This document shows positions 27,577-37,862 of a stretch of DNA of 64,000 nucleotides, one piece after another (the stretch's first letter is position 1; the number at the start of each line of letters is the position of its first letter). Below the pieces are notes generated by a model that worked only from the letters and a program-made list of their open reading frames with translations, did no database searches and was not told the origin of the DNA. Location of the stretch: contig NC_068993.1 of the NCBI RefSeq assembly GCF_001194135.2, forward strand, positions 55,887,335 through 55,951,334. Direction: 5' to 3'. The position numbers and the translations under genes were made by a program. This DNA is from Octopus bimaculoides. Its lineage: Eukaryota.

Positions 27577-30500
27577 GAGAGAGATAGAGAAAGAGAGAGA
27601 GGGAGAGGGAGAGAGATTAGAGATTTTGTGAGTGTGTGTGTGTGTAACTAAATTGCGCCCAAGCCACGTAAAAGTGTTCATACCAGTGCCACATTTAAAG
27701 CACCTAATACACTCTGTAAAGTGGTTGGCATTAAGAAGGAAATTCAAGCATAAAAACCATGCCAAAAAAAGATGAATGGAACCCAGCCAACACTCCAGCT
27801 GGCCAACTCCCCTCAAACCGTTCAGCCCATACTAGCATGGAGACCTGATGATGATGATGATGAACTATGCCTGTCCTTACCATGATTTGAGGTAGAATAT
27901 CTCGGTCCTGGCGGATACTGCATCTCATGATTACTCGGCATATGATCAGCTGCATAGCCTGTCATTGCTGACCTTCTAGAGACTGCTTTCACCTGTTGAT
28001 GATAGTTGGTATATTCAGGGTGCAACGGCCGTGGTTGAGCTGGACGTCGGTCACCAACAACTGGGTTTTCATGAGGTGACTGCAACAAAAACAAAGTCAT
28101 CGATGTAAAATCTAGTAACAGCTGTGTTTGGAGGGCAGTAATGGGAAGATCTTGCACTATTTATAAACAGGTCTAATGTTTCACAGTCTTCATCAATTTG
28201 CTCAAACTGGTGTGAGCCGGTTTTGACACATTACTCTTAATAATTGGAGAACCTCCGAGTAACATAGGAAGCCACATTTACTTGAGCTTGCAATCATTTT
28301 GATGAATGCATCAAGCAATGGTAGAATAATTATAAATACCTAAAAGTTAGTGAGACGTGTGAATCAAGTAAAGAAGTCAGAATACATACCGAATAATTGT
28401 TGTCATCACTGTCTTTAATTTCATTTCCATTTTGATCTTCTTCGTCAATCACAGTATTTTGAGAATTCTCTGTGGGGTTGTTCTTCATGAAATCGGACAG
28501 CCATGATGGAACAAAAATATCTTTTACGGTGTCAGTGAATTTTGTAAACAATGACTACAAAGAGAGAAAAAGGAAACAAATTTTTTCAATCAGTCATATT
28601 CTTCTATTACATTATCAGATCAATTAGATAAACATGTTGGGATCTTTTTTAAAACGGGGGCCACATTTTTTCATTAACGAAACACTTTGAAACTTGGAAC
28701 ACTGGTAGAATGCGTCATATAAAACATCTTTTTCTCTTAGTCTTCTTTAAAAAAAAAGAAATCCATAAGTTATTCCATGTTAAAGTTGTCGTATTTCTGT
28801 AATTTCAATGACGTCCATTCAGCCGATATACATTAAGTGCCGACTACATAAACAAACGATTCTGAAACAATTAACCCTAACCCTAACCCTATGGTTAGGG
28901 TTAAAGCAAATTTAAAATGCAAAAAGCAAATAAAACGAAGGTATGGAGATTAAATACGCTTTACACAGCTTAATCAGCCAAAGGAGTAAATGTAAACAAC
29001 TGAATACTTGTCAGTGATTGGTTGAAATTATCGAAATAAGACAATTTTTTTACATGAAATAAATTCGAATACAAAAATATTTTTCTGTTCTATAACACAA
29101 AATAGATAAGTATACGAAGTTTGAAAGTCTTTCGCTACCAAAAACACTACGTAAAACATTAATGAAAAATGTGGCCCCCATTTTAAAATAGATCCACATG
29201 TTGCATGAAGTAGATCTACATGATGTGTAATAGCTAAGTGACTGGGATGGTTAAAGGCTCATCAATCGTGATGAGAGATTGTATCCACAGTGAAGACATC
29301 TGTTGGTAAACTCATCTTTCCAACTGTAAATGGTACAATAGTGAGGTAGAGAGATCACCATGCTAAGAGAGTTGGTCCAGTCAACTAATGATGTAAGATG
29401 CTATCAGAAAATGTTTTGAAGATGGTTGACAGACCCTCTGAGGTTGTACTTCTATGTCTGACTGCAGAAATGTCAAATGCCCGCCTGGAGGACAGTGAAC
29501 TCAGCCTTGAGAAAACAAGAAAATGTGCTGAAACCTCAACAACAACAATATTTAAATGATGAGTGTTTGCTGAGCACTACTACTAATACTACATCAAACT
29601 TCAGCTTGTAAGTTCTTCCAAAACAGTAATGTGGAGAAAGGAAACAAAATTTAGTTGTTTGGCCCAGGCCAACGTTGGTCATGAAGACCGCTCATTTTTT
29701 TTTCCAGATGTACAATTTTTAAAACTAAGACATTATTCAACATGTCATTCATTGACCCTTTAATATTCAAACTGGCCATAACCAGTCAAAATATTCCACA
29801 TTTCATTTTCAAACTGGCCAGATCCAGTTTCTCACTACCCTACAATGTCATCCTAAAAAAATTAACAGTTACTGCATCAAAATCTCAACCCACTAGATAA
29901 TGCGGGATTAATTCAAAACAGTGTGAATAAACGCATTACATTTGAAAGAGGATTCCGAATGCTAGAGGATTAAACTGATGATATCTGATTTCATCTACCT
30001 ACCCTATTATGTCATTCTTAAAATAAACTATGAACTTGTCAAAATACTGAGGTTACATGATAATGCATAATTAAATTCAAAATAATGTTGGTAAATAAGT
30101 ATTACATTTGGCAGAGTAATCTGAACGTTGAAAGGTAGACTGATTTGAGACATTTGGTCAGTATTTTTAGCAGGATGAGTGACCATGTAAAAATTCCCTT
30201 ACTGATTTGTCATAATGCAGTTTTTGATCAGAAGTTGAAATTGGTTACATTTTAATGACACAAGATGGCTTAATTAAATGTTAACGGTTTATTTTAGTAT
30301 CAATTTTTAAGAAGCTGGCAGTTATAATTTGGAAGTGTTAAATATTTTATTAGTCAAATATTAATATCTGTAGATTACTAGCAAAGTTAAAATACTGTCA
30401 TTAACAATTTATTCAAAACCCTCTCAACCCAGTAGAAAATGTGGCACCACATTTAAATTATAAAACAGCAGTTTCAATGAAAAAAATGGCTGAATTTGCA

Positions 30501-33500
30501 AGACAAGCCAACCCACAACTGTATGGTTAAGCATAAAGCAGCAGCAAGTTAAACAGTGCTAAGGTTCCGAGTTGTCATGGAAATGGCTTCCAACCTTTAC
30601 CAAAGTAACCATCTACGAAAGATTATCAAAAGACACTAAATATTACAGATCAGATAAAAACCACAGAATGTACATCAGATAAGTGCCATTTTATAGAACA
30701 ACAGAATACACATCAGATGAGTGCTATAAGAGAATGCAGGCCAAGTCAGGTACAATGAAATGCAAACCAGGGTGAGTGCCACCTCATCAGGTTAGATGAG
30801 GGGGGTATCACCACGATATGCATGACAGGTTGTTAGCAACAATAATTACATGTGATCAAAAACCAAGAATAAAGAGAGATCGGAATCAATAAGCCGTTTA
30901 GGAAGAAGAGAGGCAATGACAGCCTACCACACAAACATTTTAACAAAGTGCAGCATATTCTAAAATATCCATACATAGCCATGGGTTAATAAAATTTGAC
31001 ATTATTTTTACATTCATTGCCATACATTGGCCCCCACATCATTTGACTGTTTATTTCAGTGACATCCACATCAGATGAACATGAAATGATGTCACCTAGA
31101 TCCAGCAATGCATTAGTCCAAACTCCTAGATAGAACCTTTGATAACAAAAAAAAAAACACTTAATCTAATGAGAAACTCACTTTGACATGCAGTCTAGTT
31201 AAATACTATAAAATTTCAAAACAAGCAACTAAAGACAAATAAAGAAAATAACAACAGTATGGCTGAAACTATGATGCTTTGGCGATTAGGTCCATATTAT
31301 CCCCAGAAAATATAAAGACTGAATATTCATTCTTGCATAGAATCTATGGTGTTGTTACTCATTTACTGATGCCCTAATGGAGCCTGTGGAGTGAGCAGAA
31401 TTTAAAGAAATAGAAACTTGAAGTCTTTCTTACAAAGACAGAGGGACAACTCCTCCCACTTTGGGTAAGCTTGTAGAGCTGTTATGGGGCAATGTAAATT
31501 AAATAATGAGATTCAAATAGCACACCTAGTGCATACAGGTATGTTTAAGTGATTAAGAAGCTCCCTTTGCAATTGTGTGGTCCTGGGTTCAATTCCATTT
31601 TGTGGCTCCTTGCATACTATCTTCTACCATACTCTCAAATTGACCCAGACCATGTAAATGAAAGTGGGTAGACAGAAATCACATGGAAGTCTATCAGTGC
31701 CCAGGTCAACACAACTACTTAGCCCCATGGTCTCTTTAGAGGAGACTACTCTGTTGCAAGCATTCAGACCAACTCTTTTTGTCTGAGGGATAACCACTAG
31801 ATAGCGAATCCTGAAAAACAATACATGGATATTGCTTCTGTTCCTCTGACAAACCCATATCCCCCTCCCTTTGAAATTATTCCAGATGGGTTGGACCAGA
31901 AAAGTTTTTAATTGTTCAGTGATACAGGTTTTGCTTTGCTAAAACCAAAAAACAATTAAAGACAGTGTCATGAAGGTACAGTTCTTCAAAGACCTTGAGA
32001 GCCGTCTCGTTGTCATTGATAAATGATCGGCTTTAAACCAATAACACGAATTACACAAGCCACAGGAGATAGTTGAAACTAGGAAAATATTTAACAAAAG
32101 AATTTGAAGATGGGCAAGCCTCAACCTGAACAATTTTTTCAAAAGAACTACTGTTCACTACGTCAAGCTCAAGGTTTGTAATACATGTGGACAAAATACA
32201 AGACGAGATGTTAAAAGCGTGACAAAAAAAAAAACTGCTGCTGAACACGGCAGAACTGACCAAGACCTCAGACATGACGATACATTTAATATATCCCCAA
32301 TACCACCACCAAAGAACGTTGGCTGATGTTATTTCTATGTAAATAGTGTAATTTCGTACACACACAACAGTTTCGGCAGTTTGAAATAATATTGAATTCT
32401 GTCTTTAAGAGTTAATATTTTGAGACAAGGTCAAACAGGATGGGAGGTAAATCTTGCAGAAACAAAGAACCGACAGTTTTTTTCCATTTTATTAGAATTT
32501 AGTTTTTGTCATACCACTGATGACAACGTTTAGTAATTTTTAAAAAAAAACCATATGCAACTGCGTAAGGAAAAGGGTCTTTTTTTTTTTTTTTTTAAAG
32601 GAAATTTTTCTTTTAAATTGCGAATGCGAAGAATCAACCTCATCGATCATGTTCTCCGTGTGATAGTTTAATTATCAACTCTCTTAAAACGACAATCTAT
32701 TTAAAGTTGCCTTTAAGTCAATGTTCCACCACGGCAAAAACACAGACTGATTTAATGACACTAAAAAGAAATAGGCTCAAACCAGATGCTGACCTGTATA
32801 TATATAACTATTTACAAAAACATGATAACAGAACAATTTCTTTAATGAGGTCAACTAATATCAATTTAAAAATCACAGCTTTTTTCATAACAAAAGAAAT
32901 TAACCAGATGACTTCTAGCTACTAACGATGAACTATAATTATAAAACAACACACAAAGACATATCCGTCTCAGGAAAACACTCAAATTCGTAGCAAATAA
33001 ATAAATAAAATAAAATAAAAACCCACGCTAAATAAATGATCATATTTCGTGAGGATTTTGTTTCTAGAAACATGTCTTCTAAAATCTGATACGGTATCAA
33101 ATTATTTTTCTTGAAGTGTGTCATAAACCTAGAAACATTTTAACAAGTGGTTGATACTTAGCAATAAATGGTTTTAAACTTTGCTTCAAGGCCACGATAT
33201 TCTGAGGTAGATGACACTTGGTGACATCGCCTCCCAATACTGCACAAGTATTTATTTTATCGATCTCGAAGAGTGGCAAAGTTAAACAAGACCAGACACA
33301 AACTAATGCTGTAGAGAGACGTGACTATCACATGGGATTACTTAAAGCATAGCAGAAAAAGGAAATACTTAAAGTTATAGGTGTGGAACAGAGTTATTCA
33401 TTTGTCCTCACTTTTCACATTTTTATGTTAAACATGAAACTTCAATGTTATGACGTTTACACTATGACTTATTGCTTAAATGAGTCTTAAAGTGGACGTA

Positions 33501-34680
33501 TATTTAATTGAACAGATCTTATTGTACCATGCAGAATCTATCTGTTATGTAATTTATCTTTTTTTTGCCCCCCCCCCCCTCACATTTAATAAAAGAAAGC
33601 TTTCGATGACTGAGATCAAGTGTAGGACTGATATGATTAGGATAACTCAGAAATAATGCAGTCAACTACTATATTGTACATCTTTAAGGAATGCCATATT
33701 ACCCTATAAGAGACGGTGTGGGAATTTAATGTTGCTGACCATTCTTTCTTGTTATCGAGAATAATGATTTAAAATGAACTAGCACCAATCGGGAATCGAA
33801 ACCAGAAAACCAGAACACGGATTACCGCCATACAGATTGTGATTAAAAAGCTCGTTACTCTTCCTATGTTTACCGAGAGCAATAATAAAAAAAGTGTTTG
33901 AACACTTTTCATGTTCAGTTCAAATATTTAGAATAAAGAATAAATGGTAAAATTATTCTTAATTTTTTTCTAAAAAAAAAATTAGATACTTGAATGTTCT
34001 TTGTGGAAGAGAATGTGTCTCCCTTGAAAGAAAATACTGATTTTTTAACCTCAACACAGATCTTCCTTACATATAAATGAAAATGTGTGATGTTTATGCC
34101 CTTTTTTAAGGTGTATGAGCAACAAAAGCGAAATGGCTTTAACCGGGGAATCGAAACCGGGTGGTTGGGGCGGGACTGGTCTCGCCGGAAGCTAACATCT
34201 TTACATGAGAACCAGCTAAGTCAAGGATGAATGAAACTATACACAATATATATTTCTATACAAATATATAAATATCCAAACACGTATATTTATATTATAT
34301 ACATATAAACATACGTAATATATACAGAAAGATAAAAAGACAGATAGATATAAATATATATACATACATTACATATTTCATAACGCTTTATATTATGTAA
34401 CAGCGATTTTTTCTTCTTCGATAGCGTTACTTTCATGTACTTTATGAATAAATGTAATGTTGGTATGTGTTCATTGTTTCGTTCTTCAAGCAACTAATTT
34501 GATATTGAGGGGTTTTATAAGTGAAAAAAGGGACAAAACGAAGAAGACAGTTGGTTGGGGTAAAACGCGTGGTAAGAACGAAATGACCAAGACTGGACTT
34601 ACCTTTCGCCTATCATATGGTTTGGATGACGTATAGGATCGCTTAGATCGAATTTTGCCTCCAATATCTCTGTTGGCCAT
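6809..34680 (-). CDS. NUP153: Nucleoporin 153, whole spliced CDS (27 exons listed below, possibly plus an 8-nt microexon)
   Basis: N-terminus MANRDIGGKIRSKR..KPY / SLFTKFTDTVKDIFVPSWL, motifs FYGGKTQYGGA, VTSSTAKRI, SGKMKRE, FKFSTPI, LKTGSVMDVL, five W-x-C-x2-C-x3-N-x6-C-x2-C fingers, FxFG repeats, C-terminal GRVVKKAIRRTRKV*. All introns GT-AG; phases consistent except E11-E12. Confidence 0.95.
6991..7166 (-). CDS. NUP153: NUP153 exon 26 (FQFGQ..FNF)
   Basis: 176 nt, phase 0-2, AG|GTAAGT. Confidence 0.85.
8199..8278 (-). CDS. NUP153: NUP153 exon 25
   Basis: NFTSNRSSEPFSFPNTGGVFQFTGKQ; 80 nt, phase 1-0, CAG|GTAAGT. Confidence 0.85.
8798..9205 (-). CDS. NUP153: NUP153 exon 24 (FQFG/FVFG repeats)
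   Basis: 408 nt, phase 1-1, A|GTAAGT. Confidence 0.85.
10150..10278 (-). CDS. NUP153: NUP153 exon 23 (DGPSGAKR..FNF)
   Basis: 129 nt, phase 1-1, G|GTAAGT. Confidence 0.85.
10415..10660 (+). mobile_element. Non-autonomous Helitron-like element, 5' part
   Basis: A|TCTA..TATATAAAGATGAGAATGTGTG(TGTC)n..CCAATTTCATTCAAATTTTACAC pattern; no 3' CTAG end found. Confidence 0.45.
11016..11138 (-). CDS. NUP153: NUP153 exon 22 (FIFG..LKRERDDEA)
   Basis: 123 nt, phase 1-1, G|GTTAGA. Confidence 0.8.
11275..11445 (-). mobile_element. tRNA-derived SINE (similar copies about 18815-18990 -, 39217-39425 +, 53649-53790 +, 59885-60060 +)
   Basis: Shared GGCGAGCTGGCAGAA..GAGTTCAAATTCCGC(C/T)GAGGTC(G/A)ACTTT..CATCCTTT.GGGGTCGATAAA with A/B-box-like head. 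Confidence 0.75.
11485..12279 (-). CDS. NUP153: NUP153 exon 21, FxFG repeat region
   Basis: 795 nt, phase 1-1, many FKFG/FVF motifs, G|GTATGT. Confidence 0.9.
12640..13151 (+). mobile_element. Mariner transposase remnant with 3' TIR
   Basis: LHDDNA.., HSPDLAPADFHLFPKMK, KWQECLDRCIAVQVDYFKGD; right TIR ..TTCCGGTAACCTTTCGATACCACCTCATA. Confidence 0.85.
13170..13545 (-). repeat. High-copy interspersed repeat with (CAT)n head (related copies about 8540-8710, 27660-27865, 45560-45900, 49860-50040, 59262-59410, 60115-60298)
   Basis: Shared core TGGCTGGATGCCCTTCCTAACGCCAACCAC and CCATGCTGGCATGGGTTGGAC. Confidence 0.75.
13600..14160 (-). mobile_element. Degenerate L2/CR1-group LINE RT 3' remnant
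   Basis: RLALLFRAIK*FSSQQSPILYKAEVNPTVEFSSQHLG and LSLLSIFFY..CYPELARLVSP resemble LYKAQVRPxLEYxSHIWG / SLFYRY..CSxEL. Confidence 0.65.
15333..15539 (-). CDS. NUP153: NUP153 exon 20, divergent zinc finger 5
   Basis: WKCDTCLVSNPLHCRKCIACDTP; 207 nt, phase 1-1, ctggcag acceptor, G|GTAAGA. Confidence 0.8.
16203..16340 (-). CDS. NUP153: NUP153 exon 19, zinc finger 4
   Basis: VDPLMAKFLKSDTWECSVCMLQNKESDSVCVACQTANP; 138 nt, phase 1-1, donor GTTCGT. Confidence 0.85.
16595..16795 (-). CDS. NUP153: NUP153 exon 18, zinc finger 3
   Basis: DSLMAKFMPSSGSWECDTCMIQNKAEATKCVACETPKP; 201 nt, phase 1-1, donor GTTGGT. Confidence 0.9.
16914..17075 (-). CDS. NUP153: NUP153 exon 17, zinc finger 2
   Basis: DSLMAKFISSPDSWDCEICMLLNKPEATKCVACGASKP; 162 nt, phase 1-1, donor GTTTCT. 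Confidence 0.9.
17600..17830 (-). mobile_element. RTE LINE 3' end
   Basis: MLDDDSCLKECQALIVEGTCGRSRPRKMWDKVVRKDFRVLGLTEEMTRD. Confidence 0.8.
18289..18438 (-). CDS. NUP153: NUP153 exon 16, RanBP2-type zinc finger 1
   Basis: VDPLMAKFLTVDSWDCDACMVPNKTESKKCVSCGTRKP; 150 nt, phase 1-1, donor GTTTGT (not in the supplied ORF track). Confidence 0.9.
19141..19284 (-). CDS. NUP153: NUP153 exon 15 (LKTGSVMDVLG)
   Basis: Matches LKEGSVLDIL; 144 nt, phase 1-1. Confidence 0.85.
19434..19554 (-). CDS. NUP153: NUP153 exon 14 (DFKFSSPDK..)
   Basis: 121 nt, phase 0-1, G|GTGAGC. Confidence 0.85.
20171..20506 (-). CDS. NUP153: NUP153 exon 13 (VLPVTNVPKFSF..FKFSTPI)
   Basis: Donor TCA|GTAAGT; acceptor AAG (20506) or in-frame CAG (20494). 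Confidence 0.85.
20630..20929. mobile_element. Merlin-like MITE with TTAGGG arrays
   Basis: GG..CC ends, about 40-bp TIR (GG.(A/G)ATCTTTCGGTACGA..CCTAAATATCGGCCTTTTCC), 8-bp TSD AATATAAT. Confidence 0.8.
21135..21391 (-). CDS. NUP153: NUP153 exon 12 (..SGKMKREK..EDETE)
   Basis: Matches GGKMRRE; donor GAG|GTAACA; 5' end uncertain (TAG at 21391, phase 1, or AAG at 21401, phase 0). Confidence 0.75.
22106..22182 (-). CDS. NUP153: NUP153 exon 11 (VSSYTGKDTSKELARVFATTPQTAS)
   Basis: Strong acceptor taatttttcag and donor GT|GTAAGT; 77 nt, open only in phase 0, ends in phase 2. Confidence 0.65.
23167..23310 (-). CDS. NUP153: NUP153 exon 10 (LPPRGPPTVML..)
   Basis: tttttccag acceptor; the only GT before the in-frame stop is AAA|GTTAGA; 144 nt. 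Confidence 0.75.
23900..23968 (-). CDS. NUP153: NUP153 exon 9 (PSNFKRRNRP..)
   Basis: tttggcag acceptor, AAG|GTAAGC, 69 nt, phase 0-0. Confidence 0.75.
24580..24639 (-). CDS. NUP153: NUP153 exon 8 (DARKIPMNNHNLADTVLQFS)
   Basis: Continues the DAKRIP motif; 60 nt, phase 0-0. Confidence 0.85.
25133..25258 (-). CDS. NUP153: NUP153 exon 7 (RRQVNAKP..VTSSTAKRISDILEMMATPIS)
   Basis: Matches VTSSTARRILQSLEKMSSPL; 126 nt, GTGAGT donor. Confidence 0.9.
25679..25795 (-). CDS. NUP153: NUP153 exon 6 (SSFYGGKTQYGGASS)
   Basis: Matches SPFYPGKTTYGGAAA; 117 nt, phase 0-0, GTAAGT donor. Confidence 0.9.
25919..26034 (-). CDS. NUP153: NUP153 exon 5 (..KPRFEPSLLVSPFL)
   Basis: ctctacag acceptor, TTG|GTAAGT, 116 nt, phase 1-0. 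Confidence 0.85.
27084..27311 (-). CDS. NUP153: NUP153 exon 4
   Basis: gtttcag acceptor, T|GTAAGT donor, 228 nt, phase 1-1. Confidence 0.8.
27881..28079 (-). CDS. NUP153: NUP153 exon 3
   Basis: ttgcag acceptor, G|GTAAGG donor, 199 nt, phase 0-1, open frame. Confidence 0.8.
28390..28554 (-). CDS. NUP153: NUP153 exon 2 (SLFTKFTDTVKDIFVPSWL...)
   Basis: tttgtag acceptor, TCG|GTATGT, phase 0-0; amphipathic helix like GILSRVTESVKNIVPGWL. Confidence 0.9.
28640..29195. mobile_element. Merlin-like MITE family 2, copy A
   Basis: TIR GGATCTTTTTTAAAACGGGGGCCACATTTTT, 8-bp TSD ACATGTTG, central CCCTAA/TTAGGG. Confidence 0.85.
29752..29973. mobile_element. Degenerate piggyBac-like MITE
   Basis: TT(G)ACCCTTTAATATTC ... 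GAATGCTAGAGGATTAA ends (TTAA-CCCT type). Confidence 0.45.
34603..34680 (-). CDS. NUP153: NUP153 exon 1 (MANRDIGGKIRSKRSYTSSKPYDRRK)
   Basis: ATG at 34680, donor AAG|GTAAGT, phase 0; matches GGKIRTRR...KPY. Confidence 0.9.
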
Positions 34681-34682
34681 TT

Positions 34683-34870
34683 AAAAACAATCATTAACTA
34701 TTACTAATCAGAAAAAACTAAGGTAAATAGGACATAAAAGCTTGCAGGAATGGAACAGTGTCACTCCACGCTTTCAACTCACTAAATATGGCGGTAATAC
34801 AAACTAAATTCCCATTGGTCAATTTGCTAATCATGTGACACATTCCAGCTCGCGGTCATCTCCCCTTTCA
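34683..34870 (-). promoter_or_regulatory. Putative NUP153 promoter/5'UTR
   Basis: Locally CpG-rich; YY1-like AATATGGCGG 34785-34794, CCAAT box (ATTGG) 34814-34818, TCATGTGAC E-box-like motif; TSS not determinable. Confidence 0.4.
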
Positions 34871-35575
34871 AAAGATGAAAGTCAAGGCTGTCTCAGCTGT
34901 CGTTTCTTCATTTCTTCTCTGATTTCCCTCCAGTTTTCTTTTTTTTAATTTTCTGTCTCTTTCTCCATCATGCATTAGAAATTAATACATTTATTTGGTA
35001 AACTTTCTTAAGTTCCTATGCCGTTGTTAGAAGAGTTCCCCCACATTTCGAACAAATGTACATGTTATACTTTATCTCAAGTTAATTATTTATTCCTATG
35101 AAGAAAAACCAATTCCATATGTAATTTTGATGTATCTCAGGACAGCGACCTGAACTAGCGAAGAAATGACTGTTGTCTAACCATGGGCTTAATTTCACAG
35201 CGAGATTGAATGTATCTCTATTAAACCTACGACTATGCTCTTTTATGTATATATTTTAATTCATAACCCACGCTGTTTAAGTATAATAATAATATATGTA
35301 TGCGTACATATTTCCAGAGAAGACCATTTGCCGTATCTTAACTATTGACATAAGCTTTTGTTTTTTTCTTTCAATACAATGGTCTATGTTTAATTACATT
35401 TTTGGTAAGTTTTATATATATATATTTAAAAAAACCCATTCAATTAACGAAAATCCGTTTGCTATAAATACTTAGGTATGCTTTTCATCAAATAGCATTT
35501 CAACAAAAGGTCTGTCAACCCATCTCACCTCTCCACGTACAAGCGTGTGTATGTACAAATATATGTGTGTGCGCG

Positions 35576-35622
<47 letters not shown>

Positions 35623-35736
35623 TAATGAGCAAAATTTATAAAAGTGACGTAAAGAGCCGAAAGTTTCATGCATGGCATTTATCAAGTTTGGTAAGTGTCG
35701 TACACGAAACTCGTTTTTTAAAGTCATTTTTAGTCG

Positions 35737-35769
<33 letters not shown>

Positions 35770-36164
35770 TAGGTGATCTTTGGCTTTAGGCACCATATAC
35801 TCGTGTAATGAGTTCTCTTTCTCCTTTTCTACTAAATATACATATATGTATGTGTGTAAGGATATAATCATATACGGATGTTTGAGTAAATAGAACTTCA
35901 CTACCTACGCATATTTCTTTTAGACAAAGGGAATTTGAAGGTTCACTGCTTCACAAGAATCTGAGTCTGAGATGAAATTCCTGGTCTCTATAAGACATCG
36001 AACATTCCAGTTCATCATCACACCACTACCATCATCATCATAATAATTTAACGTCTATTTTTCAAACTGGCATGGGTTTGCGAGGTACTAGTGAGCTAAA
36101 GGCTGTGTCGTTCGCTTTTTCAACTTTAGCAGTGTGTAGCGGGTGCTTTTTTATGTGTCACGGG

Positions 36165-37230
36165 TTTGCGGTTCGCAAGTAATTTGCAAGACAAGAAAGA
36201 ACAAGAGAAGGCCAAACTGCCTATTGGATCGGTGGATTTGGTCTCCGTTCTGCAGTGAACATAGCTCTGCCGGCATACCTTTCCTCGGTCTCCTCCAGCC
36301 GCAGTCTCTTTTGCGAGATACTCCATGGGATGGCTGAACCAGATGTGGCCCAGGAACTAGAGTCAGCCCTAGCTAATTGGATTGCTGATGGGCTTGCTTT
36401 CCCCCAGAATACGGATGTCTACTGCAAGTGGGACGACATCAGATGTAAGTCCATCTTCGAGCGGCTAGAGATCACAAGACCACCACCGCCTCGCAGCCAA
36501 ATAGCGACGTATGACTCAATTCGGTGCCTTCTTCATCTACTGGCACCCTTCTAGATGATGAGTGCATCCGTATCAGAGTGGCCCAATGCCTCGGACCTGG
36601 TGTGTGTAAGCATCACACACGTCGCAGCGGAGCGATAGTAGACGAATTCGGCCTGCAGCCATTATCCTGCAGTCTTAGCGCAGGCCGATTCTCCCGACAC
36701 ACCGCCCTGAATGACATAATGAGACTTGACGCGGTCAGCTTTCCGTCCGAACTTGAGCCAGCAGGACTCGACCACGGGAATGGTAAGCGCCTCGACGGAA
36801 TACCCCTCTTCTCATTCAAGAGAGGCAGATATCTAGTCTGCGATGCGACGTGCAGCGACACTCTCCAGCTCCAACCCGGCTGCGAACTCGGGTGACGCTG
36901 CCCGTAATGCGGAGGATAGAATAATCAATTAATACTGGAGCTTGGTTAGCTGCTATCAGTTTGTGCCTGTTGCCGTCGAGATGTCAGGTTCCTCGGGACC
37001 TCGAACTACCGATTCCCTTCGCAAAATAAGGATAACAGCGGTCCGTTGGAGAAAGTGTAATGACTACTTCAGCGAGTGACGCTAGCCATTCTCCACGGTC
37101 ATGAGGGTGAGCACACCATTTCTGAGGGATGTGGCCCATCGCGCCCTTCCCCTCCATCTGCTGATAACCTCCTACCTTTCTTCTTTTCTTTTCTCTTGTT
37201 TCGTTATATTTAAATGTTATAAATATATAT
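36165..37230 (+). mobile_element. 5'-truncated, frameshifted CRE-clade (RLE) non-LTR retrotransposon
   Basis: AKLPI..GGFGLRSAVNIALPAYLSS; GTLLDDECIRI..GVCKHH..GLQPLSC..GRFSRHTALNDI; LEPAGLDHGNGKRLDGI..LVCDATC; YQFVPVAVE(M)SG. Confidence 0.85.
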
Positions 37231-37752
37231 ATATATGTATGTATGTATGTGTGTGTCTCCCAACATGGCTTGACAAACCGATGGTGGTGTGTTTACGTCC
37301 CGTAACATAGCGGTTCGGCAAAAGAGACCGATAGAATAAGTACTAGGCTTCTAAAGAATAAGTCCTGGGGGGTCGATTTGCTCGACTAAAGGCGGTACAC
37401 GTATATATGTCGCTGTGGCTGCTAGTCTGTGTGGTGATTACTCGCCATTCCAGTGTATTAAGCTACAGACCAAGCTATTTAAAATATTCTTTAAGAGGCG
37501 ATATGTGTCGATGTTGAGTTGATTCAACAGAGATCAGTTGATGGAACCTGACTGTTGTGAGATTAAGGGTAATAAGTAGGTTATCTCCCCTCCACCATTT
37601 AAAACTCTGAACAACTTTCGCTGGTCGGCATGTTTTTCCTTGTGAATTTTATGTGAGCTGAGTTAAGAATGACTAATTAATATTAATGGTAAATCCAAGA
37701 CGTGCAGCTACTTATCTATACAGCGAGGTCACAGCTCCGGTACTACAGTCTG

Positions 37753-37862
37753 GGCGAGAGTAAAGAATATGTACACTCGGTGTTTAGGGTTAGGGTTAGA
37801 GTTCTTGTTAGAATACGTACACCACCCGAAAACGGGTGGTGTACGTATTCTTTACCTCCGCC
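37753..37862. mobile_element. 110-bp GG..CC mini-MITE with TTAGGG and internal hairpin
   Basis: 24-bp TIR (20/24), perfect 19-bp stem 37810-37828/37833-37851, imperfect flanks ACAGTCTG/GACATCTG. Confidence 0.6.

Noticed and set aside
33780-34230. Two tRNA-like segments on the minus strand (GGTTTCGATTCCC B-box)
   Set aside because: No complete cloverleaf; degenerate SINE heads, not tRNA genes
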